Below are positions 7,311 to 16,266 of a stretch of DNA of 64,000 nucleotides, in pieces (the stretch's first letter is position 1; the number at the start of each line of letters is the position of its first letter). The stretch is from contig JBMORQ010000027.1 in the NCBI GenBank assembly GCA_049322575.1, forward strand, positions 9,092-73,091, read 5' to 3'. The stretch comes from Patescibacteria group bacterium (lineage in GTDB: Bacteria > Patescibacteriota > Microgenomatia > UBA1400 > PJMF01). The translations under genes were made by a program, and so were the position numbers. The notes under the pieces are model-generated. The model was not told the origin of the DNA. It saw nothing but the letters and a program-made list of their open reading frames with translations, and searched no databases.

Positions 7311-8228
7311 TTACTTAAAGGATTCTATAGCCAACAAACACGCCCCATACGCCGAAGTCCTGGTAGGAAAAACCGTCGACATTTCAGGAAAAAACTGCCT
7401 AACCCTACTCATTAACAAAGCACGAGCAGACATCTGATCCAATACTCCACCAACCATCACCAAATCTGCTTGCCGCTGCTGCAATTCCAACCTATCAGCC
7501 ACAGCCTTTACCATTAGAAAAAGTTCCTCAACTGCCTGGTTAATAATTTGTCGAGCTTTAACATCACCCTCTGACTCAGCCTCGAAACAGATTTTCGCCA
7601 AGCCCGCGATATCTTTTTTGGAAATCAGTGGTTCATATATTAAATTCTTCAAATTGCCAATCGAATTGACTTTAAAAGCCACTCGCACTTTTTCCTCAAG
7701 CTTGCTTTTTTCATCTCGACCATCGTAACTACGTAAAGCAGCGCGCAACGTCATAAGCCCGATTTCATATCCTGACCCCTCGTCGCTCAGCAGATAGTCC
7801 ATACCTCCAGCCTTGGCTGTCTGACCTCGATCGTTCTTGCCTAAACAATTTGAACCCGTGCCGGAAATCAAGACCAAAGCGTTAGCACTCTTGGTACCAG
7901 CCCTCATAGCAATCCAGCCATCGTTAACAATTTGACAATGATTGCCACACACTTTGGTGAGACCAGCTTGATAAAACTCTCTAGCCCGAATCGCATCTGC
8001 TTCTGTATCAAGACCCGATAGGCCGAAACAGGACATAAACTCACCGTCCGGATAAAGTCCCTGCAAAGTATCTATAGCTTGATATAACTCTTGACGCGTT
8101 TGAACCGCCTCAGCAAGCAGCATGTTGCTACTTCCAAAGACTCTCTGCAAGACAGGTTGACGGTTTTCGTCTAAAACCAAGAGTTCGGTTTTGCTTGCTC
8201 CACCATCGATTCCAATAAAAAATTTCAT
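7311..8228 (-). CDS. BadF/BadG/BcrA/BcrD-type ATPase; putative sugar (GlcNAc/glucose) kinase of the ASKHA superfamily.
   Basis: N-terminal phosphate-1 motif FIGIDGGASKTE. GTGSN and GG motifs are present (LISGTGSNCLG, VMVGGVL). Adjacent to glycogen-degrading enzymes. Confidence 0.7.
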   Translation of the reverse strand: MKFFIGIDGGASKTELLVLDENRQPVLQRVFGSSNMLLAEAVQTRQELYQAIDTLQGLYPDGEFMSCFGLSGLDTEADAIRAREFYQAGLTKVCGNHCQIVNDGWIAMRAGTKSANALVLISGTGSNCLGKNDRGQTAKAGGMDYLLSDEGSGYEIGLMTLRAALRSYDGRDEKSKLEEKVRVAFKVNSIGNLKNLIYEPLISKKDIAGLAKICFEAESEGDVKARQIINQAVEELFLMVKAVADRLELQQRQADLVMVGGVLDQMSARALLMSRVRQFFPEMSTVFPTRTSAYGACLLAIESFK

Positions 8229-8263
8229 CTTTTCCTTAAGCAGACTAACTAAACAGACCGTGG

Positions 8264-10273
8264 TTAAAGTTCCTTGGGTACCACCAACTCACCTTGGTTT
8301 TTGTTTTTCAGTTCGGTCTTCTTGCTTAGGTAGCTTAAAACTAATTCTATGTAAACTGCGTGACTCCAAACTAATGGAGTAGCCGAAAGCGACTTGCCTG
8401 TTTCTGGATTGAGCTGTTCGGCTAAAATGCCAGACGCATAAACGTGATTGGCTACCCATGCCAACACCTCTTCGACTGATTTTAAGTCATCGGTCGTCAC
8501 CTCTGACTTATGAAGCAATCTGAGTGCTTCCCACATAGTGGTGATAAACCAGGGGTTGGGCTTGGTGTTGTCGCGGAAATAATTATCATGCTCATAACGA
8601 ATCATGCCGCCCACTGTATCGGGATTAGTTAGTCGAGCCACCGACTGTTGTTGAGTCGAGATAAAAAGCGGATCATCCTGGCTCAAAACTTCGAAATACC
8701 ATAGACCAAAGAGCGAGCTTGCATCTACCACCAACTCCCGGGTGATTTTTTCGCCATCGACTTTGACGTAGCGTACGAATGACTTCATCTCTGGTTCATA
8801 CAAGGCATCAATCATGGCACGTTTTACTTCGTTAGCCGCCTGTTTGTAGGTACGCATGTGATTGCGCTTACCAAGCAGCTCGCTGAAGTTTGCAGCTGCC
8901 ATCAAGCCGGCATAAACAGCACAACAGGTATATGTAGAAACTCCGTGAACCTCTTCCCACAGATCGTATGACGAAAAAGGCAAGCCGGTTTTTTCGTCTC
9001 TAAAACTAACTAGAAACTCGGCAATTTTCTCAATCATCGGTTTGTAGAGAGTTTCAATAAACTCAAGATCCTTAGAGACCTGATAGTGTCTCCATAAGGC
9101 AACCAAAACAGCTGCGCTCTCGTCTTCCTGAATGGGCAACTGCAAAATTTTGTCCTTCAACCAGCGCTTCTGCTTAACCGATGAATGCCAAGTCGAACCC
9201 AAACTCTGGTCCGAATTAAAACGATGATGAAGATAACCGTCTGGATGTAAAACCTGACTACAGAAAACAAAAAAAGGCTTGGTCACCTCAGCATAGCCTG
9301 CCTGGTTAAGGATCGAAACAATAAAGGCAGCATCGCGAGGCCACATGTAGGTGTAGTCATCCTTGCCATACTCGATCATCTCACTGTCGGCCGAGGCAAT
9401 GATGCTACCGCGGTTATCGACATGAGCCCGCAAAACGAAGAGTGAAGTGTCGAAGAGCCGCTTTTGATCATCGGGCAAAGTTTCCACGGCGGGATCGCGC
9501 TTGGCTAACCAAGCATGCCAATACTCCTCGGTCGAGTGAATCATACCCTCGGGGGTTTTCTCCCTGACAAGCTGATTAAGCTCGTAAGATTCGGCTAAGG
9601 ATTTGCCCGCACATATCCAATAAAAAATCCTCGACTTGGACTTAACATCCACCCTGCTGTGAAAGGAAACCACACTATCAACACTGCCGTGCTCAACAGC
9701 ATTTTTGGTCAACTCGCCATCTTCAGCATCTCGAAAAGATCCCTCTTTGCCCTCGAAAGCATAAGCACCGACGGTGTAATCCGACATCGGTTGCCCGGTG
9801 TCGCTCAGACCATTAACGATAAATACTCGACGACCCTTATAATGAACAATGGCGTTGTGGGTGGGATCAAAAAAAGCGGTGTTGCGTTTTTTATTTTCTG
9901 CAATCCAAAAAATCTGGTGGAAAAATATCTTGACAGTCAAGGCACCTTCACTATGATTGTAAACGTCAACCTGGCGCAAAAACACGTTTTTTTCGTTATA
10001 AACAATATCCTCCATCACTATACTTACCTGGAGGGATTCATTTTTGCAAACCAAGTAACCAACCATCGTCTCCGGCTTATAGCCAACATTAATCTGCCAA
10101 CTGCCATCGTCTAACCAAGTAAAGTGATCATTAATCATCAAACCAATACGATGTTTTTGTCCGCTAACATGGTTCTCTAAACCAACAAATGGATAATGCA
10201 TGTCCCGCACAAACCCGTGTCTGTCTAGGGTGACCAAAAATTGACCGTTACCTAAAACAAGTGCTCTTGCCAT
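8264..10273 (-). CDS. Glycoside hydrolase family 15 (glucoamylase / glucodextranase-like).
   Basis: 669 aa. N-terminal beta-sandwich domain plus (alpha/alpha)6 catalytic domain. Conserved WEEVHG-type region (LWEEVHGVSTYT). SD GGAGG precedes the ATG. Confidence 0.8.
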   Translation of the reverse strand: MARALVLGNGQFLVTLDRHGFVRDMHYPFVGLENHVSGQKHRIGLMINDHFTWLDDGSWQINVGYKPETMVGYLVCKNESLQVSIVMEDIVYNEKNVFLRQVDVYNHSEGALTVKIFFHQIFWIAENKKRNTAFFDPTHNAIVHYKGRRVFIVNGLSDTGQPMSDYTVGAYAFEGKEGSFRDAEDGELTKNAVEHGSVDSVVSFHSRVDVKSKSRIFYWICAGKSLAESYELNQLVREKTPEGMIHSTEEYWHAWLAKRDPAVETLPDDQKRLFDTSLFVLRAHVDNRGSIIASADSEMIEYGKDDYTYMWPRDAAFIVSILNQAGYAEVTKPFFVFCSQVLHPDGYLHHRFNSDQSLGSTWHSSVKQKRWLKDKILQLPIQEDESAAVLVALWRHYQVSKDLEFIETLYKPMIEKIAEFLVSFRDEKTGLPFSSYDLWEEVHGVSTYTCCAVYAGLMAAANFSELLGKRNHMRTYKQAANEVKRAMIDALYEPEMKSFVRYVKVDGEKITRELVVDASSLFGLWYFEVLSQDDPLFISTQQQSVARLTNPDTVGGMIRYEHDNYFRDNTKPNPWFITTMWEALRLLHKSEVTTDDLKSVEEVLAWVANHVYASGILAEQLNPETGKSLSATPLVWSHAVYIELVLSYLSKKTELKNKNQGELVVPKEL

Positions 10274-10282
10274 ATACCTCCA

Positions 10283-11515
10283 TCATAACAGCCGTTCACG
10301 AAGATCGGCTAGTACAAGCGAATAACGTCGATATGCTTCAAAAGGATCTTGATAGGGACTAAAATATGCATGGATGTCGCCATCAGCCGACCACTTAGTG
10401 CACATGTAATAAAAATGGTCGCTGGTTTGAAGACATCGCCAGTCAGCGATGATCATCTCATCTTGACTCGCCAAAACCTCATTCTCCAACTCATAAAGGG
10501 CCCGCAGACTATCCTTCTGCAAATCATTGCCCAACCAAGCCGTTAGATCACGATCTACATCGGCCCAAGAGATATAACGAGGCACGTCGTAAGCGGGTAG
10601 GGAATGTTGGTCCTCGATTGCACTGAAAATCTGGGTCGGTGTCACAAATCTATTCCACTTGCTTTGCAAAAACTCATAAACAAAATGACGGAAGAACTCA
10701 AAAATGCCTGTGTCGCTCCATTGATGCTCTCCAAAAGTCTCAAAATCCATAAAAAGGTTGATGATTTCCTCACTTTTATACGACTCTAACCAGTGCAGGT
10801 ATTTTTTAGCAGACAGAGGGTGAGACTGCCAGTTTTTATCACCAAAACGAAAGGCGATGTCATCCGATAATTCTGCGTGTTTCAAGAGCAAAGGCAGATG
10901 ACTGGGCGTGTAACTCACATAAACTTGGGTTTTTGGCCTTTTTCCAAGGTAAGGTTCAACAGCCTCGGTCAGCATGCCTTGAAAGCCCAACTCTGCGACA
11001 GATTCGGCAATTTGATTAGAATAAATCAACTCTGTGTTGCGGAAAACTTTTGGTTTTTGGCCGAAAAGCTGACCGATGAGCTGAGAATGTTTATCGACTT
11101 GAGCCACAAATTCTTCAGGGGAGTAAAGAAAAGCCAACGAATGGTAATAGGTTTCACTCAAAAACTCGACTTGGCCAGATTCCGCCAGCTTTTGCAGTAG
11201 TTCAATTACCTCGGGCTGATACGCTTCTGCCTGTTCCAGAAAAACTCCCGAGGCGGAGATGGCAAAACAAAACTCGGGCTGTTGCTCGACCAACTCAAGT
11301 AACAAACTCAACATCGGCAGATATGATTTGGCAGAGACTTTGCGAAAAATTGCACAATTTATGTCTTCGTTTAGCTGTTTTTCGGCCAGATGGTTGTCTA
11401 CTGACGAACTCTCTTTGTGAGAGAAGTATCCAGAGTGATTACCGAGCTCAAAAACCTGAAAATCTCTCAGGCGATAGGGCTGATGCAGCTGAAAATACAG
11501 GCAAACTTGTGGCAT
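10283..11515 (-). CDS. Glycoside hydrolase family 57 (alpha-amylase / 4-alpha-glucanotransferase / branching-enzyme family).
   Basis: N-terminus LYFQLHQPYRL is the GH57 HQP signature, followed by a TIM-like catalytic region with conserved Glu/Asp (FMDFETFGEH). Confidence 0.8.
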   Translation of the reverse strand: MPQVCLYFQLHQPYRLRDFQVFELGNHSGYFSHKESSSVDNHLAEKQLNEDINCAIFRKVSAKSYLPMLSLLLELVEQQPEFCFAISASGVFLEQAEAYQPEVIELLQKLAESGQVEFLSETYYHSLAFLYSPEEFVAQVDKHSQLIGQLFGQKPKVFRNTELIYSNQIAESVAELGFQGMLTEAVEPYLGKRPKTQVYVSYTPSHLPLLLKHAELSDDIAFRFGDKNWQSHPLSAKKYLHWLESYKSEEIINLFMDFETFGEHQWSDTGIFEFFRHFVYEFLQSKWNRFVTPTQIFSAIEDQHSLPAYDVPRYISWADVDRDLTAWLGNDLQKDSLRALYELENEVLASQDEMIIADWRCLQTSDHFYYMCTKWSADGDIHAYFSPYQDPFEAYRRYSLVLADLRERLL

Positions 11516-11541
11516 GAAATCAATTAATTGCTAAGAAACGA

Positions 11542-12765
11542 CTAATTACTAAGAAACGCCCGACGATAAACTTGGCGGATTCGAGCAGTTGCGCGATTCC
11601 ACTCCATCTTTTTGAGATCATTGAGTTGTCCAGCTGTAACTTCAGCGCGATAGCCTCGATCCTCAAGTAGTTCTACAACTTTCTTTGACATTAGCTCAAT
11701 ATCCCAAAAATCAACGGCGATGGCGGCGGGCATAACCTCGCTAACTCCAGAAGTCTTGGAAAGAACCACCGGGGTGTGACGTTGCGCTGCCTCAAGAGCA
11801 ACCAAACCAAATGGCTCAGAAACCGAGGGCATGATAAAGACATCGGCTCGATCAAGTAACTTTGCTTTCTGCTCATCGCGTACAAAACCACTAAACAAAA
11901 CCGTAGCCGAGAGCTTCTGTCCAGCAGTCTGAAAAAGCAGTTCATGGTAGAGGTGACCGGAACCAGCAATCACAAATAGGGTCTCCGGTATCATACTGAC
12001 CACCTTGCTTGCAGTTTTCAACAAATGATCAATTCCTTTTTGCATGGTTAAACGACCCATAAAAACCACCACCGGGCGTTTCTTGGCGAAACTCATTCTT
12101 TCCTCAGAGAAAGACGAGCCAATTTTCTCTATGCCATTGTGTACAACGTGAATGCGTGATTCATCGAGGTGATATTTCTCCACCAAAAGCCTCTTGGTGT
12201 AGTAACTAACGGCGATAATCTCATCTGCTAGCTTCAGCCCCTCTTGTTCAATCTTGGTAATGAAGGCACTACCATTTCCAGAGGGAACTCGGTCAAACTC
12301 AGTAGAATGGACATGAGCCACAAATGGCTTATTCATGTTTTTCTTAATCCTAGCAGCAGCTGGAAAAGACATCCAATCGTGGGCATGAACAACATCAAAA
12401 TCGTGCTTGATCTTCTTGGCTTTTTTCTCCACTATCTTGGCGTAATCGAAAACTTTTTGTTCAATCTCGCACCTATCCAGGGCTTCGAGATCAAAGGCAT
12501 CAATTTCTGACTTATCCAATTTGCGACGATTGCCAGGATGATAGGCATCAAAAGGGGGAGACTGCTTACTTTGCCAAGATTTATCATAACAGCCAATCAT
12601 TTTCATGTGGCCGACTTGACCGGCAAACTGATAGGGAAGGGTGAAATATATCTGAGTATTCTGACCAGCCAAGGCGGCAGTCATTCCCTGACAAGCAACA
12701 CCAAGACCACCACTGTTGTGTGGCGGATACTCCCAACCAATCATCAACACTCGGGGATGATCCAT
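11542..12765 (-). CDS. GT4/GT5 glycosyltransferase, probable glycogen (alpha-glucan) synthase.
   Basis: N-terminus VLMIGWEYPPHNSGGLGV (the E-x-P...GGLG of glycogen/starch synthases). GT-B C-terminal domain with the E-x7-E-like region (EPFGLVALEAA). Clustered with GH57 and GH15. Confidence 0.75.
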   Translation of the reverse strand: MDHPRVLMIGWEYPPHNSGGLGVACQGMTAALAGQNTQIYFTLPYQFAGQVGHMKMIGCYDKSWQSKQSPPFDAYHPGNRRKLDKSEIDAFDLEALDRCEIEQKVFDYAKIVEKKAKKIKHDFDVVHAHDWMSFPAAARIKKNMNKPFVAHVHSTEFDRVPSGNGSAFITKIEQEGLKLADEIIAVSYYTKRLLVEKYHLDESRIHVVHNGIEKIGSSFSEERMSFAKKRPVVVFMGRLTMQKGIDHLLKTASKVVSMIPETLFVIAGSGHLYHELLFQTAGQKLSATVLFSGFVRDEQKAKLLDRADVFIMPSVSEPFGLVALEAAQRHTPVVLSKTSGVSEVMPAAIAVDFWDIELMSKKVVELLEDRGYRAEVTAGQLNDLKKMEWNRATARIRQVYRRAFLSN

Positions 12766-12860
12766 CCTTGGTGATCCTACTAGTAATTATTATTTCTCAA
12801 CTTATCAGTTTACACGTTTTTGACCTCCTATTTCAATCAGATGTTTTAAGCTGATCTTGA

Positions 12861-12866
12861 TATAAT
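12861..12866 (+). promoter_or_regulatory. -10 box within TTGATATAAT, 7 nt upstream of the ATG at 12874. Suggests a leaderless murE beginning at 12874.
   Basis: cTTGATATAATgatttcgATG. The TATAAT overlaps the ORF-track start codon at 12865. Confidence 0.4.
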
Positions 12867-14103
12867 GATTTCGATGTTAAAAACTCTCCTATATTCGCTA
12901 AAAAAATACTATCATTTTTTTAAAACTGGTCTGATGCGGGGTTTACCTGCTGAGATTAAGAATGGTTTTCCGGCAAAAAAACTCAAAATTGTCTGCATCA
13001 CTGGTACCGACGGCAAGACAACTTCCTCGACCTTGCTCTACCACGTTCTCAAGTCAGCTGGCAAAAAGGTTGCTTTACTTTCAACAGTTGCAGCCTATTT
13101 CGGTGATCAGGAAATTGAAACCGGTCTGCACGTCACATCTCCCAGCCCCGACGCTTTGCACAAACTTATGAGAAAAATGGTTGATGAGGGAATCGAATAT
13201 CTGGTCTTGGAGTTTACTTCTCATGGAGCATACCAACAACGCCTGTGGGGTATTAAACCTCTAATCGCTGGTGTGACCAATGTTAATTATGAGCATCTTG
13301 ATTACCACCTCAATTACCAAAATTATCTTGAGGCGAAAGCCAGTTTCCTGAAAAAAGCTAAAACTATCGTTCTCAACCAAGACGACATGTCATTCTACCG
13401 ATTGCGCAAGTTGATATCAAACAAAAAACACAACTTTTTGTCATACTCTGCTGAGGAAAAACTAGCGCCAGTGATTAAAAAAGCGCTGCAACAACGTTTT
13501 TCTGAGCCGTTCAACCAAATGAACTCACGGCTGGTAACAAAAATGGCCTTAGAACTAGGCCTTACGGAAAAAGAAATTGCAGCCAGCATCGAATCCTTCC
13601 CAGGTGTTCCTGGAAGAATGCAGTTCATTAAAAACTCACGAGGTCTGAAAATTGTGGTAGATTTTGCTCATACACCGCAGGGCTTGGATGCAGCTTTACG
13701 GGCCATGCGCAAGATCATGAAAGAAGAACAAAGCCGAGGTCGCTTAATTGCCGTATATGGTTGCGCTGGCCTACGAGATCAGGTTAAACGTCCCACCATG
13801 GGAAAAATCGGCGTTGAACTGGCTGACCTAGTGATCTTCACCGCTGAGGATCCCAGAACAGAGAATGTTTGGTCGATTATTCGCCAGATGAAAGAGCAAT
13901 TAACTGAAGGTCACGATAAAATCGTTACTATCATCGATCGACAAAAGGCCATTGATTTCGCCATCAATCGTTTGGCAAAAAAAGGCGACTACATCGGCAT
14001 TTTTGGCAAGGGACCTGAAAAAAGCATGTGCTATGGCAAAATTGAGTATCCTTGGAGTGAAAGCCTAGCCGTGGAAAAAGCTCTACAAAACAAAAATAAT
14101 TAA
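12865..14103 (+). CDS. murE: UDP-N-acetylmuramoyl-L-alanyl-D-glutamate--2,6-diaminopimelate (or L-Lys) ligase MurE. The true start is probably ATG 12874.
   Basis: P-loop ITGTDGKTT. TSP..PDALHKLM motif. Mur-ligase middle domain (EFTSHGAYQQRLWG, NVNYEHLDYH). C-terminal domain. Short N-terminal domain. Confidence 0.85.
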   Translation: MISMLKTLLYSLKKYYHFFKTGLMRGLPAEIKNGFPAKKLKIVCITGTDGKTTSSTLLYHVLKSAGKKVALLSTVAAYFGDQEIETGLHVTSPSPDALHKLMRKMVDEGIEYLVLEFTSHGAYQQRLWGIKPLIAGVTNVNYEHLDYHLNYQNYLEAKASFLKKAKTIVLNQDDMSFYRLRKLISNKKHNFLSYSAEEKLAPVIKKALQQRFSEPFNQMNSRLVTKMALELGLTEKEIAASIESFPGVPGRMQFIKNSRGLKIVVDFAHTPQGLDAALRAMRKIMKEEQSRGRLIAVYGCAGLRDQVKRPTMGKIGVELADLVIFTAEDPRTENVWSIIRQMKEQLTEGHDKIVTIIDRQKAIDFAINRLAKKGDYIGIFGKGPEKSMCYGKIEYPWSESLAVEKALQNKNN

Positions 14104-14115
14104 GACAAGACCGAG

Positions 14116-15558
14116 ATGGAAAATATTAATATTTTTTTCAACTGGAAGAACTTTTATTTAGTCGGCATCAAAGGTGTGGCCATGACCTCGACCGCTCAAT
14201 TGCTGCTCGATGCTGGCAAGGGAGTCAGGGGCAGCGATGTCGCCGAAGACTTTGTCACCAAGGATCTCTTGGCCGATACTGGCATCATTGTTGATGTTGG
14301 TTTTGAGTCAGAGCTGCCAACCGGAACCGATTGTTTAATCTACACTAGCGCTCATGGCGGACCAAACAATCCCCAGGTTCTGCAGGCGCAAGCCTTGGGC
14401 ATTCCCTGTTTATCTCAGGCAGAAGCTCTATCAATCTTTTTTAACCAAAAGAAAGGAGTGGCTGTTTGTGGGGTAGGCGGAAAATCAACTGTCTCAGCTA
14501 TGATTGCTTGGATTTTGGAAAAAACTCGACAAAATCCTTCATATTCGGTGGGAGTGGGACGGATTCCTGGCTTGGCCCGCACCGGAAAATGGAACGAGGC
14601 AAGCGAATATTTTATTGCCGAAGCCGACGAGTACGTGACCAACCCTCAGGTCGGGTTATCGGGGCAACCAATCACCCCTCGGTTTTCCTTTTTGAAACCG
14701 TATCTAACAGTTTGCACCAACCTAAAGTTTGACCACCCTGATGTTTACCGCGATTTTGAGCATACAAAAGACGTCTTTACTGAGTTTTTTAGATCGACAA
14801 AAAACGGCGGCCAACTAATCATTAACGGCGACAACCCTGACTTGCGTCAAATTGCTCAAAAACTCGCTGAAAAAGGCTTACCTCATAACAGCTATGGAGA
14901 AAGCGAAAACTGCCACTATGTTTTACGTGACTATCAATCAACAAATGGCCGAACTTACGGCAAAATCTTTAAGGATAACCAATTAGTTGGGGAAATTTCC
15001 TTACAAATTCCTGGAAAATTCAATTTATTGAACGCTCTAGCTGCGGTTGTTTGCTCAATTAAACTAGGCACTTCAATTAATCAAAGTACCGAGGCATTGA
15101 AAACTTTTAATTCAACCATGAGGCGTTTTGAATTTGTGGGTGAAAATAACGGCGTCTTGTTTTATGACGACTATGCACATCATCCGCACGAAGTGGCAAG
15201 CTCAATCCAAGCTCTTAATGAGTGGTATCCCGATGCTAAAAAAGTCATTGCCTTCCAGTCTCACACCTATTCTCGTACCAAAAAACTCTTCGATGATTTT
15301 ATGGGAGCGTTTAAGAATGCCCAAAATATTGCCATGATTGAGATTTTTGCTTCGGCACGTGAAGGGCTTGACCCAACGGTATCGAGCGATCTGCTATGCC
15401 AAGCAATTAAAAACAAATGGCCCGAAAAAAACGTAGAAAATTTGAGAAGTCTAGAAAATTTGGCTGGTTTTTTTGCTAATTTAGAGCCAGGAAGCGTTGT
15501 TTTAACGGTTGGGGCAGGGGATATCTATCTTGTCTATGAAAAAATGGGCATGAGGTAA
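14116..15558 (+). CDS. murC: UDP-N-acetylmuramate--L-alanine ligase MurC.
   Basis: N-terminal YLVGIKGVAMTSTAQLLLDAGKGVRGSD (MurC Rossmann N-domain). P-loop GVGGKSTVSAMIA. DxYAHHP motif. Confidence 0.85.
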   Translation: MENINIFFNWKNFYLVGIKGVAMTSTAQLLLDAGKGVRGSDVAEDFVTKDLLADTGIIVDVGFESELPTGTDCLIYTSAHGGPNNPQVLQAQALGIPCLSQAEALSIFFNQKKGVAVCGVGGKSTVSAMIAWILEKTRQNPSYSVGVGRIPGLARTGKWNEASEYFIAEADEYVTNPQVGLSGQPITPRFSFLKPYLTVCTNLKFDHPDVYRDFEHTKDVFTEFFRSTKNGGQLIINGDNPDLRQIAQKLAEKGLPHNSYGESENCHYVLRDYQSTNGRTYGKIFKDNQLVGEISLQIPGKFNLLNALAAVVCSIKLGTSINQSTEALKTFNSTMRRFEFVGENNGVLFYDDYAHHPHEVASSIQALNEWYPDAKKVIAFQSHTYSRTKKLFDDFMGAFKNAQNIAMIEIFASAREGLDPTVSSDLLCQAIKNKWPEKNVENLRSLENLAGFFANLEPGSVVLTVGAGDIYLVYEKMGMR

Positions 15559-15715
15559 AAGTGATGCCCAAGGATTTTCAGCAAAAGGTGTTTTTTCGTG
15601 CCTGGGAGCTGAATAAGTCTGCAAAGGGCTGATAGACTTATAGCGAAATATGACTTTTCGATAGAGATGTTATTTGACTACTGGTCTAATAAGTAGCTGC
15701 AGACTTCGGGAAGAA

Positions 15716-15724
15716 TGTTATAAT
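15716..15724 (+). promoter_or_regulatory. Extended -10 (TGtTATAAT), putative promoter of the tRNA-Leu/tRNA-Pro transcription unit.
   Basis: gaaTGtTATAATcttgg, about 64 nt upstream of tRNA-Leu. Confidence 0.35.
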
Positions 15725-15787
15725 CTTGGTGTTATTTATGGCTATTGCTTGAAAGTGAAAACTTTAAGCTTGGTCAAAAAAACCATC

Positions 15788-15871
15788 GCCTCTGTGGTGG
15801 AATTGGTAGACGCGCGAGACTTAAAATCTCGTTCCGGCAACGGAGTGTGGGTTCGATTCCCACCGGAGGCA
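15788..15871 (+). tRNA. tRNA-Leu (anticodon UAA). Class II with a long variable arm. CCA not encoded.
   Basis: Acceptor gcctctg/cggaggc. Anticodon stem cgaga/tctcg with loop cTTAAaa. T-arm gtgggTTCGATTcccac. Confidence 0.9.
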
Positions 15872-15991
15872 CTTTCTAGTACTATTGTATATATGTATAT
15901 GTGTGCTAGAAGACAGCTCGGGAGACGGCGAGCAAAAATCGATGACAGCTGATTGTTGTAAACAATAAGCCAGTCGACACAAATTAAGAAA

Positions 15992-16065
15992 CGGAGAATA
16001 GCTCAGATGGCTAGAGCGCACGGTTTGGGACCGTGAGGTCGCAGGTTCGAGTCCTGTTTCTCCGA
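15992..16065 (+). tRNA. tRNA-Pro (anticodon UGG).
   Basis: Acceptor cggagaa/ttctccg. D-arm tagctcagatggctagagc. Anticodon stem cacgg/ccgtg with loop ttTGGga. T-loop TTCGAGT. Confidence 0.9.
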
Positions 16066-16071
16066 CACATA

Positions 16072-16101
16072 AGAAAATCCGGCACACGCCGGATTTTTTT
16101 A
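16072..16101 (+). terminator. Rho-independent terminator after tRNA-Pro.
   Basis: Stem atccggc (16077-16083) / gccggat (16088-16094), loop acac, followed by T7. Confidence 0.7.
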
Positions 16102-16266
16102 TGTATTTCGACAGGACGACTTGCACCCGATCAAGCGAAATCAGAAAAATAAGATAGCTTGAGCCTGACGAGGGTGAGTCCTGTTTCCAAATTACTTCTC
16201 AGACTTCGATCAAGGATGAGCCTATTTTGTAGTAGAATTGTGTAAATCCTATGTGAAAGTCAGTTA

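Noticed and set aside
9659-10114. 151-aa antisense ORF inside the GH15 gene. Similar internal antisense ORFs occur elsewhere (e.g. 13395..13628, 23132..23425, 24975..25229, 28245..28532, 47507..47716).
   Set aside because: Each is fully embedded opposite a well-supported conserved gene. They are AT-rich random ORFs without motifs.
11525-11558. Possible CRISPR-like repeat array in the direct repeats.
   Set aside because: Only two imperfect copies with no spacers and no cas genes. No CRISPR array is present anywhere in the window.
15674-16126. ORFs 15674..15952 (+) and 15821..16126 (-) of 92 and 101 aa.
   Set aside because: They overlap tRNA-Leu and tRNA-Pro and their terminator. The reverse-strand ORF literally translates the tRNA sequences. 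Not coding.
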